From assembly GCA_045803545.1 (NCBI GenBank), contig JBJMOW010000005.1, forward strand, positions 608,001-672,000: 64,000 nt of DNA, in the 5' to 3' direction. Below are positions 37,279 to 49,100 of the stretch, piece after piece. Origin of the DNA: Gemmatimonadaceae bacterium. GTDB taxonomy: Bacteria; Gemmatimonadota; Gemmatimonadetes; Gemmatimonadales; Gemmatimonadaceae. The position numbers were made by a program, and so were the translations under genes. Position 1 is the first letter of the stretch. Every line of letters begins with the position of its first letter. Under the pieces are notes generated by a model, which saw only the letters and a list, made by a program, of their open reading frames with translations, did no database searches and was not told where the DNA came from.

Positions 37279-37850
37279 GCCCAGACGGAAGCTTTTTTCG
37301 CCCAGATCGTGTCCTGATATCGTTCCTTGAACGCATCGGCGGTCCGCTTCAGCGATCCAGCGTCGTGCGTGCCCTTGTACGGCGCAACACCCGCCCAGTA
37401 GAGCGCCTCCGGCGCGGCATTCGTATCAGGGAATTGTTCAACGATCTCGCGAAACCGGCGCTCTGCCTCATCCCACTTCTGCTCGGCGAAAGAAATTTGC
37501 GCGCGACCAAGCATCAACTGAGAGAGGAATTCGTCGTTGGGCAGAAATCCTTCTATACGATGGCGCTCCTCTCCGGCGGGATCGAGCTCCAGAATGGTCG
37601 GCGTCCACTGCGCGTTGAATTTCTCGCCGTACTTCTGAAATAGCGCAGAGTCGTCTTTGACGTGCACACGCGCGGGAATGAAGTTCTGGTTGACGAAGCT
37701 CACTACGCGCGGGTCAGGCCACACCTCGGCATCCAGCCGAGCACAGCCACTTCACATCGGCGCGGCGCTGAAATCGAGGAGAAGCGGTTTGTGCTGCTGC
37801 GCGGCATCCCGAAACGCGCTGTCGACGTCGTGCCTGAAGTTGATTTCCAT
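37275..37850 (-). CDS. Thioredoxin-fold + TPR protein, probable selenoprotein (UxxC, UGA at codon 33)
   Basis: AAGGAG RBS, ATG at 37850, MEINFRHDVDSAFRDAAQQHKPLLLDFSAAPM-UGA-SGCARLDAEVWPDP in frame with the 149-aa track ORF; cis-Pro WTPT; TPR-like FPDTNAAPEALYW. Confidence 0.85.
37725..37741 (-). promoter_or_regulatory. Candidate bacterial SECIS hairpin
   Basis: CTCGGC-TGGAT-GCCGAG begins after a 10-nt spacer following the UGA; G at loop position 2. Confidence 0.7.
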
Positions 37851-37884
37851 GATTTCTCCTTTTCCCGCACCGAAGGACTACAAG

Positions 37885-37907
37885 AAAAATGCCCCTCGCG
37901 GGGCATT
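37885..37907 (-). terminator. Intrinsic terminator
   Basis: AATGCCCC-GCGA-GGGGCATTTTT. Confidence 0.7.
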
Positions 37908-37922
37908 CGTCGATTTTAGCGC

Positions 37923-38270
37923 TCAGTCCTCGTACTTGCGAGGATGCGAGGGATGGGGTCGCTCCTCGTCCTCGGTATCGAACTCATCGTCGAGGTCGAT
38001 GAGGTCGTCGTCAAGGTCGTCGTCGAGATCGTCATCGTCGTCATCGAGGTCATCGTCGTCGAGGTCGTCGTCCTCCAGGTCGTCAGCCGCAGCGTCCTCC
38101 TCGTCTTCGTCCCACTCCTCGTCGTCGTCGAGATCTTCGTCGTCTTCCAGATCGTCCTCGAGGGTTTCATCTTCGGGATCGTCGTCCGTTGTCTTCTTCG
38201 CCAGCCACGCCTCAGGCTTCCCATCGTCCCCGTTCAGGAAGCTCCCCGCGGACTCCAGCATGGCGCACAT
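37923..38270 (-). CDS. Small, extremely Asp/Glu-rich protein
   Basis: AGGAG RBS; long DLDDD/EDDE tract; lies directly downstream of typA. Confidence 0.7.
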   Translation of the reverse strand: MCAMLESAGSFLNGDDGKPEAWLAKKTTDDDPEDETLEDDLEDDEDLDDDEEWDEDEEDAAADDLEDDDLDDDDLDDDDDDLDDDLDDDLIDLDDEFDTEDEERPHPSHPRKYED

Positions 38271-38289
38271 TACCGTGATCTCCTGGTTG

Positions 38290-40134
<1,845 letters not shown>

Positions 40135-40149
40135 AGCCTTGAAAGTTAG

Positions 40150-41124
40150 CTAGGCGTGCAAGTGTCTCTCGCGGTCGAGCATGTCCTCGCGCTCGAGCTG
40201 GATTGTGACGTGCTGGATACCAAACAGACGCATCGCGTCGTGGATGTGCTCCAGGACGTGTTGGTGCTGATCCGGCTCCCGCACAATACAATGCGCACTC
40301 ATCGCCACGATCGCCGGGGTCACTGCCCAGACGTGGACGTCATGGACAGACTCGATGCCCGGAATTGCCTCCAGCTGACTGCGCACCGCAGGCATCGGAA
40401 TGTGCGCGGGGGTCGATTCCAGCAGAATATCGACGGATTCGCGCACGAGCCGCCACGCGCCGCCCATGATCAGGACCGTGGTAAGGATCGACGCAACCGG
40501 GTCGGCCATCAGCCAGCCGGTGAAGCGAATGAGTAGCGCGGCGATGATGGTGCCGACGGTGGCGAGCAAATCGCCGAGTACGTGAAGGTATGCCCCACGC
40601 GTGTTGAGATTCTCGCGCGAGCTGCCGGAAAGAACTCGCGCCGAAACGAGATTGGCGGCCAGCCCCGCCACTGCGACGCCGAGCATAAGTCCGCCTCCAA
40701 CTGCCTCTGGGTGACGCAGTCGGACAACGGCTTCGACGAGGATACCCGCCGAGATGAGGAGGAGCGTCGCACCGTTCACGAACGCGGCAAGGATTTCCCA
40801 CCGCAGATAGCCGTACGTCTTCTGCGGAGAGCTCGGTTGTTTGCTGAACCAGGCGACGAACAAAGCGAGACCGAGCGCGGCGACGTCAGTCAGCATGTGG
40901 CCGGCATCGGCAAGTAATGCAATCGAGTTGGCGAGAACGCCGCCGACGACCTCGACGACGAGGAAAATCGCGGTGATTGTCAGCGCGATGCGCAAACCCG
41001 CTACTGACACATCACCGATGTGCGAATGACCGAGCCCATGACGGTGATCGTGCGCGCCGTCGTGCTGGTGTGGGTGCCCGGAACTGTGGTAAGTTGTATC
41101 CGTGCTCGGTCGGCTGCTCGCCAT
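40150..41124 (-). CDS. Cation diffusion facilitator (CzcD/ZitB-like Zn/Co/Cd exporter)
   Basis: His-rich N-terminus, SIALLADAGHMLTD, AYLHVLGDLL, HDVHVW, HVTIQLE. Start uncertain (in-frame ATG at 41124). Confidence 0.92.
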   Translation of the reverse strand: MASSRPSTDTTYHSSGHPHQHDGAHDHRHGLGHSHIGDVSVAGLRIALTITAIFLVVEVVGGVLANSIALLADAGHMLTDVAALGLALFVAWFSKQPSSPQKTYGYLRWEILAAFVNGATLLLISAGILVEAVVRLRHPEAVGGGLMLGVAVAGLAANLVSARVLSGSSRENLNTRGAYLHVLGDLLATVGTIIAALLIRFTGWLMADPVASILTTVLIMGGAWRLVRESVDILLESTPAHIPMPAVRSQLEAIPGIESVHDVHVWAVTPAIVAMSAHCIVREPDQHQHVLEHIHDAMRLFGIQHVTIQLEREDMLDRERHLHA

Positions 41125-42460
41125 AATTCTGCTCGTGCTCCTGAACGCGTTCTTCGTCGGCGCCGAGTTCGCTCTTGTCCGCTCGCGTCGGACGCGCCTC
41201 GAGGCGATGACACGCAGCGGAGACCGACTTGCCCGCATTGCGTTGCGCGCCTCCTCAAATATCTCGCGCGTCCTCTCGGCGAGCCAGTTGGGAGTGACGC
41301 TCGCCAGCCTCGGCCTTGGCTGGGTCGCCGAATCCACAGTCGGCGAGATGTTTGCCAACCTCTTTGGCAGCCTTCCCTTCGGCCTCGATCTGTCGATGCG
41401 CCTGACGATCGGCGCGACGATCGCGCTGATCATAGTCACCTATCTGCACGTCGTGTTCGGTGAGCTGACGCCGAAGGCCGCCGCACTGAACCATCCTGAA
41501 ATCCTGGCGAAATGGCTTGCGCCACCGCTGCTCTTTTTTGCCTGGATTACCAAGCCGTTCACGTTTTTTCTGAACCGCTCATCGCAATTCATCCTGCGGA
41601 TGCTCGGCCAGGAGAAGGCGGGGAACGAAGAAGCGGTTCACTCGCCGGAGGAGATTCGCCTGCTCGTCGAGCAATCGACCGAGCGGGGCGAGATGCAGGC
41701 GCACGACGCCGACATGATCGACGCAGTGTTCGAGTTCTCCGAAAAAAATGCGCGCGAAGTCATGACGCCGCGCACAGAGCTCGTCGCGCTGCCGGTCGAG
41801 GCGACTCTATCCGACGTGCTTCAGGTCGTACAGGAAAGCGGATTGTCGCGCTACCCGGTGTACGACGAGTCTATCGACAACATTATTGGCGTGGTGCTGG
41901 CGAAGGATCTGTTGAAGCTCCTCGCTCCGCGCGCCAACACTGAAGCGTTTGACCTGCCATCGATCATGCGCCCAGTGCACGTGATACCGGGATCGCGCGA
42001 AGTCGAGGAAGTGCTCGCCGACTTCAAGCGGCTCAAGGAACACATGGCAATCGTGCTCGATGAATACGGCGGCACGGCGGGCGTGGTGACGATGGAAGAT
42101 CTACTCGAGGAGATAGTCGGCGAGATTCTCGACGAGTACGACACTCCCGAGGACGCCGAAGCACCGATGCACACCCGCGCAGGGGAGACTCTCGTCCCGG
42201 GAAGCACACACATCGGTGAGCTGAACGAGCATTTCGGCCTGTCCGTTCCCGACGAGGATTACACGACGATTGGCGGCTACGTGTTCGGGATGCTCGGACG
42301 ATTGCCGGTTGTTGGCGACCGCGTGATCGCCGGCGGCGCGATTTTCAGCGTGCGCGAGATGGACGGGCGGCGGATCGAGACGCTGGCTGTCGATCTCCAC
42401 TCCCTTGGCGATCGTCGCGCGACCGAGCGCGCGCCGCAATCGACGCGCACAGAAGCGTAG
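41102..42460 (+). CDS. CNNM/hemolysin-family protein (DUF21-CBS-CorC)
   Basis: [58 protein letters not shown]. Confidence 0.95.
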   Translation: MLGRLLAIILLVLLNAFFVGAEFALVRSRRTRLEAMTRSGDRLARIALRASSNISRVLSASQLGVTLASLGLGWVAESTVGEMFANLFGSLPFGLDLSMRLTIGATIALIIVTYLHVVFGELTPKAAALNHPEILAKWLAPPLLFFAWITKPFTFFLNRSSQFILRMLGQEKAGNEEAVHSPEEIRLLVEQSTERGEMQAHDADMIDAVFEFSEKNAREVMTPRTELVALPVEATLSDVLQVVQESGLSRYPVYDESIDNIIGVVLAKDLLKLLAPRANTEAFDLPSIMRPVHVIPGSREVEEVLADFKRLKEHMAIVLDEYGGTAGVVTMEDLLEEIVGEILDEYDTPEDAEAPMHTRAGETLVPGSTHIGELNEHFGLSVPDEDYTTIGGYVFGMLGRLPVVGDRVIAGGAIFSVREMDGRRIETLAVDLHSLGDRRATERAPQSTRTEA

Positions 42461-43301
42461 CCTCGATCATACTAGACGCGTCCGCCCTGTTCTGACCGGC
42501 GATGTCGAGCGCGGTGCCGTGATCCGGTGAAGTCCGAGGAAACGGCAGTCCGAGCGTGACGTTCACCGCGCTACCGAAGGACGCGACTTTGATTGCCGTC
42601 ATGCCGACGTCGTGGTAAGGCGCGATGACTGCATCGAATTCGCCACGCATTGCGCGCACGAACACGGTGTCGGCTGGAAAAGGCCCCGATAAGCGCCCGG
42701 ACCGCGCAGCCGGCTCGAGGATTCTCGCCTCTTCGTCGCCAAACCTGCCGCCGTCGCTGGCGTGCGGATTGAGCGCGCACAACGCGATCCTCGGCTCCGC
42801 AATACCGAACCAATCGCAGAGCCCGCTGCGGGTGATGTGAGCCGTCTCGACGATCACGTCGGCCGTCAGCGAGTCAATCGCCTCACGCAACGGCAGGTGC
42901 GTCGTCGCCAATACCACGCGCAGTTTCTCCGAGGCGAGCATCATCGCGACATTCGAGCGAGTGAGCTCGGCGAGCATCTCCGTATGACCGGGATAGTCAT
43001 AGCCACCAGCCAACAGTGCCTGCTTGTCGATTGGCGCCGTAACTATACCATCGACGTCGCCAGCTTTTGCCAACTCCACCGCGCGCTCGATTGCGAGTCC
43101 GCTCAAAGCACCAGCGAGCGCGGCGTCATCGGTCCGGCCCCATTTGCCCACCGAGATGTCGACGTGCGCGAACGAATTCTCCGGTCCGACCACTACAATG
43201 TCACAGCGCTCGCTGACCCACGGGTCAGCGAGCGCTTTGGTTACAACTTCGGGTCCGATGCCGCGGGGATCGCCCACGGTCATGGCGAGCCGTGTCTTCA
43301 C
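42345..43301 (-). CDS. pdxA: 4-hydroxythreonine-4-phosphate dehydrogenase
   Basis: TVGDPRGIGPE, TAPIDK, PGHTE, LNPHA, YHDVG, RTSPDHGTA. Confidence 0.96.
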   Translation of the reverse strand: MKTRLAMTVGDPRGIGPEVVTKALADPWVSERCDIVVVGPENSFAHVDISVGKWGRTDDAALAGALSGLAIERAVELAKAGDVDGIVTAPIDKQALLAGGYDYPGHTEMLAELTRSNVAMMLASEKLRVVLATTHLPLREAIDSLTADVIVETAHITRSGLCDWFGIAEPRIALCALNPHASDGGRFGDEEARILEPAARSGRLSGPFPADTVFVRAMRGEFDAVIAPYHDVGMTAIKVASFGSAVNVTLGLPFPRTSPDHGTALDIAGQNRADASSMIEATLLCASIAARARSRDDRQGSGDRQPASRSAARPSRAR

Positions 43302-44623
43302 AACCTTATTGCGACGTAGGTCTGCTTGCGTAGTTCGTCGAGCAGGGCGCGAATCGACCGTTCGTCCGAAAGCTGCTGACGGATCTGATCGCGAATCTCG
43401 CTTTCCTTGTACTCACCGGCTTCGGTCAGAGTGACCACCTGCAGTACGGCGAACTTCGGAGCGCCGCGCGGATTGGCGAGCTGAAACGGCTCGGTAATGC
43501 TGCCCGCCTTCGCACCAGCGAGCGCACCGCCATAGGACGCGGGCAATGAATCGCGCGGAAACGGCTGCAGGACGCCTTTCTCTTCGGTCGGGTCGTGATA
43601 CTTCTTGACCAGCGAATCGTACGGCACGCCACGCCGCCACGCGGCGGCGAGAGTGTCCGCCTCGATTCTAGCGCGCGCAACATCCGCCGAATCGATTTCC
43701 GGAGCTATCAGAATGTGACGGGCTTTCACTTCCGCCGACTGCACGCGATCGACGCGAATGATGTGATAGCCGAAAGCCGTTTCTACCACGGGACTCACTT
43801 CGCCCGGGCGAAGCGCGAACATCACCGCCTCGAATTCCGGAACCAGTCCACCGCCGCGACGGTTCCAGCCCAGATCGCCACCCAGCTGCTTGGTGCTGGG
43901 GTCCATCGACTCGCGTTTGGCGATCTGCTCGAAATCTCCGCCCTTACGAATCTCGGCTAGCAATGAATCAGCGCGCGCTTTCGCTTTCGCCTTCGCCGCC
44001 GGTGACGCATGGGGCGCGACGACGATCTGGCGGAAGGTCACTGTTGCCGGCCGCTTCTGGAGATCGGTCTTGCTGCGCTCGAAGGCAGCGCTGACTTCCT
44101 CATCGCTGACGTTCACCGGCTTTGCTTTCTTTTTCAGCTCGGCAAAAGCCTTCTGTTGAAACTGCTGACGGCGGTACTGATCGATGAGCGACTTTCGATA
44201 TTCATCGGGACTTCCCAGCCCGGCTTTGCGCAGCTCGTTGCGGTACTCCTCGTCGGTCTGGAATTGTGAGCGCACCTGCTTGATCTGGCGATCGGCGGCC
44301 GACGTGACGTCCGACTCGACGACCTCGAGCTTCATCTCCTTCGCCTTCTGAACGAGAATCTCCTCGTCGATCAGCTCACCAAGGACCTGATGGGCGAGGG
44401 TGGCCTGCCCCGCCGAGTCCGGCGGCAGCTGCATGCCCTGCGCACGGCGCTGGTTGATAGCGGTGAGAACGTCGCTCCACAAGAGCGGTTGATCGCCAAC
44501 GATGGCGACCACTTTGTCGATTGGCAGCGCCGACGGCACCGGACGCGCAGCCGTTATTGCCGGCGTCTGTGCTGCAAGGCCCACCGGCAGCAGCACTGCC
44601 GCGGCTAGAAGTCGTTTGATCAT
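43298..44623 (-). CDS. surA: SurA-like periplasmic chaperone/PPIase
   Basis: Signal peptide, IDKVVAIVG, parvulin motifs GGDLGW and ETAFGYHII; lies upstream of pdxA as in the common surA-pdxA order. Confidence 0.85.
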   Translation of the reverse strand: MIKRLLAAAVLLPVGLAAQTPAITAARPVPSALPIDKVVAIVGDQPLLWSDVLTAINQRRAQGMQLPPDSAGQATLAHQVLGELIDEEILVQKAKEMKLEVVESDVTSAADRQIKQVRSQFQTDEEYRNELRKAGLGSPDEYRKSLIDQYRRQQFQQKAFAELKKKAKPVNVSDEEVSAAFERSKTDLQKRPATVTFRQIVVAPHASPAAKAKAKARADSLLAEIRKGGDFEQIAKRESMDPSTKQLGGDLGWNRRGGGLVPEFEAVMFALRPGEVSPVVETAFGYHIIRVDRVQSAEVKARHILIAPEIDSADVARARIEADTLAAAWRRGVPYDSLVKKYHDPTEEKGVLQPFPRDSLPASYGGALAGAKAGSITEPFQLANPRGAPKFAVLQVVTLTEAGEYKESEIRDQIRQQLSDERSIRALLDELRKQTYVAIRL

Positions 44624-44663
44624 TTCACTTCCTACCCCGCCCATAATCAGCGGTTCGCTGTCA

Positions 44664-46106
44664 TCAACGTTGTGTCGATGACGCAGCCGGCGGCGCCGCC
44701 GGATTCAGCGGAACGGCGGTCGATGGCTGACCAGACGAGCGCGCCGAATCAGCGCTGCTTCGAATCTTCGACGCTTCCTGAACTGCCCTGTCGAACCCTG
44801 CATCGTTCAGCGAGTTCTTGTACTTCTCCCGCAGAATGTTTGAAACGGGAGTCGGAACCGGCACGAACGGCGCCTGCTCCTGAATCATGCGCGCGAAGTA
44901 TTCGTCAATTCGACGGGCGGCGAGCTTCTCCTTGTCGCCGCCGCCCTTTGCGCTGTCAGCAAGCGCCTGGGGATTAACCCCGAGCTGGGACCACGCGTTC
45001 TGCACTGCGTTGACGAACTGGGAGTGAAGCTGGGTGAGCTCTGCCGGATCAATCGTGATCTTTGCGCTGTCAGCCTGCTTCAACACAAGCTCATTCCTGA
45101 CGAACGTGCGGACGAGCTGAATGAGCATCGAGTCGGGCGAATTACGAATCTGGTCGAGGATGCGCGCCTGCGGCGGCAAAGTCTCCAGCCAGCCAACGAG
45201 TCGTGAGGTCGTGAATTTGCCAGCGGTCGAAGTGGCGAGGACCGTGTTATCCCGACGATAGGCGTCAGGATCGTTCCCAAGGGCGCGAATGGTCGCCACC
45301 GAGCCTTTCTTCACTTCGATCTTGCCGTCCTGTTCCAGCTTGGCGAGGTAGGTGCTCTCGGCAACCGCAACGCTACGACCCTTGGACGCCTGCAGCAACT
45401 GACCTCTGATCTGGTCGAAAGTCGGCCGGCGGATGATGTGATAGCCGTACGGCGTCTCGATGACAGGCGAGATCTCACCCGGCTTGAGAGCGACAAGCGC
45501 TTTCTCGAACTCAGGCACCATCTGACCGGCCGGGAAAATTCCCAACGAGCCACCATTGCGAGCGCTTCCCGGATCCTGGCTGTTCGTCTTCGCAAGGTCG
45601 GCGAAGTTCGCGGCGGTGACCCGTGCACGAAGCGCGTCAGCTTTTTTCTTGACGTCGGCCTTCTGCGTCGGATTCATGCCCTGCGTCAGCAGCAGAATAT
45701 GCTCAGCGGCGAGAATCTGCCCCGTTTCCCACTGGCGTTGCGCGGCGCTGCTGTCTTCAGTGCCCCAGTTCTTGGAAACCACCTGGTACCATTTGCGGGC
45801 CTTCATGTTGGCGATTGCCGGCCACATCACTTCGTCGATCGTTTTTGGATCGTTAAGTGAGTCGTTGTGGGCAGCAGCCTGCCCCAGCAGTTGATAATCG
45901 ACCCACACGTTAGCCATCGACTTGGCGATGTCCTTCCGCACCGGAGCGCGTGATTTGCCGAGCAACGTGGCGAGCTTCGTGACAGTGAGCTCGGCGACAC
46001 CGCCGCGGGCAACCCAGTCGGTGTGCGCGTTGAGCGCATCTCGCAGGCCCGAGCAAGCCGAAAGTGTAACGACCGCAAGCGCGGCCACAGCGAAATTCAG
46101 TCTCAT
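44664..46106 (-). CDS. Parvulin-type PPIase lipoprotein
   Basis: Lipobox LSAC; HILL, SQDPGSARNGGSLG, MVPEFE, ETPYGYHII. Confidence 0.9.
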   Translation of the reverse strand: MRLNFAVAALAVVTLSACSGLRDALNAHTDWVARGGVAELTVTKLATLLGKSRAPVRKDIAKSMANVWVDYQLLGQAAAHNDSLNDPKTIDEVMWPAIANMKARKWYQVVSKNWGTEDSSAAQRQWETGQILAAEHILLLTQGMNPTQKADVKKKADALRARVTAANFADLAKTNSQDPGSARNGGSLGIFPAGQMVPEFEKALVALKPGEISPVIETPYGYHIIRRPTFDQIRGQLLQASKGRSVAVAESTYLAKLEQDGKIEVKKGSVATIRALGNDPDAYRRDNTVLATSTAGKFTTSRLVGWLETLPPQARILDQIRNSPDSMLIQLVRTFVRNELVLKQADSAKITIDPAELTQLHSQFVNAVQNAWSQLGVNPQALADSAKGGGDKEKLAARRIDEYFARMIQEQAPFVPVPTPVSNILREKYKNSLNDAGFDRAVQEASKIRSSADSARSSGQPSTAVPLNPAAPPAASSTQR

Positions 46107-46128
46107 GTTTCCGTCGTACGTGTTTTGG

Positions 46129-49100
46129 TCAGGTGGGCCGCAGTGTCGTGAGCGCACGGACTAATCCATCGAGCATCTCAGCTCCTCCAAGTCGGGTGAG
46201 CTTGAGCGCCAGCGGATGCGCACGTCGCACCTCCGCCTGGAACTGTACCTCGTGGAACGCCGCCGAAATCCCCTTCATCCGGGGCACCGCATGCTCGCGA
46301 AAGGTAATACGGGCCTCATTTCCGCGCACCAGCACAGACTCTATGTCAGACGCGCCGCCCAGGATGCGGAGCAAGGCGACCGCAAAGAAGCTTTGCGCCG
46401 GCTCGGGGAGCGGGCCGAAGCGATCGCGCAGCTCCGCTCTCAGCGCCTCTACTTCCGCGATGTCCGTCATGTGTGTCATCCGTCGATAGATATCGAGCTT
46501 CGCGTCCTGCGAGTTGATGTAATCGTCGGGCAGATACGACGGTGTGTCGACTGAGATTTCAGAGGGTTGCAGCCGTGGTGCCTCATCGCCGCGCATCACA
46601 CGCTTGACGGTTTCGTCGAGCATGCGAAGGTACATGTCGAAGCCCACAGCGTGTACGAAGCCGGATTGCTCAGGGCCGAGCAGGTTGCCAGCACCGCGGA
46701 GCTCGAGATCCTTGAGGGCTATTTGATAGCCGGCGCCAAGCTGAGTGTGGTGCTCGAGAATTGTCAGACGACGATTGGCATCTTCGTCAATCGAATCCGG
46801 AACGAGCAGGTAACAGCTGGCGCGGCGGTGCGACCGCCCGACGCGGCCGCGCAGCTGATAGAGCTGCGCCAACCCAAACATGTCCGCGCGGTTGACGAAC
46901 ATCGTGTTCGCATTCGGCACGTCGAGACCGGATTCGACGATCATGGTGGAAACGAGCACGTCGATCTCGCCGTTTACGAAACTGCGCATCACGGTCTCGA
47001 GGTCACGCTCGCGCATCTGACCGTGTCCGACGCCGATTCGCGCCCGCGGCACGACGCGGCGAATGTGATCGGCCATCCCGTCGATGGTTTCGATTCGGTT
47101 GTGAACGAAGAAAACCTGTCCGCCACGATCCAGCTCGCGAGAGATGCCCTCGTCGATCAAACCGTCATCCCATGGCTCGACGTAGGTGAGCACCGGCGAG
47201 CGATCTCGCGGGGGCGTCTGCATCAAGGTCATGTCACGCAGCCCGGCGAGCGAAAGGTGCAGCGTGCGCGGGATTGGCGTGGCGGTCAGTGTCAACACAT
47301 CGGTCTCCAGTCGGAGCCTTTTGAGCCTCTCCTTGTGTTTGACACCAAAGCGATGCTCCTCGTCGATCACGATCAATCCGAGATTGGAGAAGTGAACGTC
47401 AGCGCTCAGTAGACGGTGGGTACCGATGACGATGTCCACCTTTCCAGCTTTGAGGTCGGCGAGAATCGCCGCCTGTTCTTTGGCCGACTGAAAGCGGCTG
47501 AGTGTCTGGACGTTTATAGGAAAATCAGCCAGTCGATCACCGAACGTACGCGAGTGTTGGTCGGCCAGAATGGTCGTCGGGACGAGCACGACGACCTGGC
47601 GGTCGCTCTGCACTGCTTTGAACGCAGCTCGCACCGCGATTTCAGTCTTGCCGTAACCGACGTCACCGACGAGCAGTCGATCCATTGGTCGCGGCTTCTC
47701 CATATCACCTTTCACATCTGTCGTCGCCGTGCGCTGGTCGGGCGTGTCCTCGAACAGAAACGAGGACTCCAGCTGGCGCTGCCAGACCGTGTCGGGGACG
47801 TGGGCCGGCCGCGTCGCAACCTTTCTCCGGGCGTAAAGGTCGAGCAGCTCGACGGTCATCTCCTGAATCGCGGCGCGTGTTTTATCACGTTGCGTCGCCC
47901 AGCGCCTGCCGCCGAGTGAATGGAGGCGCGGCGGTAGTGCCTCCGAGGAGATGTCGTCCGCCGAGCGATAGCGCTCGATCTGATCGATGCGATAGAGAGG
48001 GACGTTGAGTCGGTCGCCGCCTTCGTACTCGATGACGGCGACCTCGACGGTACTCTCGCGGACAAAAATCTTCTCCATGCCGCGATAGATGCCGACGCCA
48101 TGCTCGAGATGAACGACGTAATCACCTGATTTGAGCGCGGTGAGGCTTTCGAGCGCGCTACCAGTCGCGTAGCGACGTGCGCGGCGGAAGCGCCGTTCAC
48201 GTCGGAAGATTTCGTGATCGGTAAAAACCCGATAGCCGTGGAAGCTCTCCCCACGCGGCGGAATCACGAAGCCGCCATCGAGGACTCCAATCGCAAGAGT
48301 CGCCGGCGACACGTGGTCGTCGTTGAGCAGCTCATCGAGTCGTTCCGCCTGTCCAGCGTTGTCGCAAAGAATTACGGTCGGAATGCCGTCTGCGACGATT
48401 TGCTTGAGGCGCTTGATGTCCCGTCCGATTTCCTCGGGCGGTCGAAACGGGAACGCGATTGACGGCTGTTCGCCGGATAAATCAATGGTCCCGAAACCGC
48501 CGACCGCGCTCAGAGTTACCTCGGGCGCCTCGAACAGCTCGTCGCGACTCGGAGTGTCTTCTCCGCGGCGACGCGCGAGATCGATGTGGTGCTGCGCCTC
48601 GGCCCATGTGCGCTCCATCTCGGGCCTGAGGTGCGTGCCATGCGGCACCACGAAGACGGTATCGGGCGGAAAGAGCGCGCGGATCGAGGACCGCTCGGGC
48701 TCGACGTCCCCAGCTTTGATTTGACCGTCGACCGGAAGGATCAGCGCGAGCTCGGCGTCGCGCGTCGAACGCTGGGTGAGGAGGTCGAAATGGCGAAGCT
48801 CGGTAATCTCGTCACCCCAGAACTCCAGGCGCACCGGTTCGGCCATTCCGAAGCTGTAGATGTCGAAGATTCCGCCACGCACGCTGAACTGCGCGACATC
48901 CTCGACCATGTCTACTCGCTCAAACCCGATGGCCTCGAGATGCTCGGCGAGGGACTCTGGACGTCGGGTGTCGCCTTTACGAATCTCGAGGCGAGCCGAG
49001 GCGAGAGCGCGCGGGAGCTGAGTGCGTTCGAGCAGCGCGCGACTCGTAGTTACTACTATACGTAAGTCGCCGCGTCCGATCCGCTCTAGGGTTTCCACTC

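Noticed and set aside
37275..37724. 149-aa ORF starting at GTG 37724 as the whole gene, or a pseudogene call
   Set aside because: It lacks the thioredoxin active site and an RBS. The upstream in-frame segment, the UxxC position and the hairpin favour Sec recoding.
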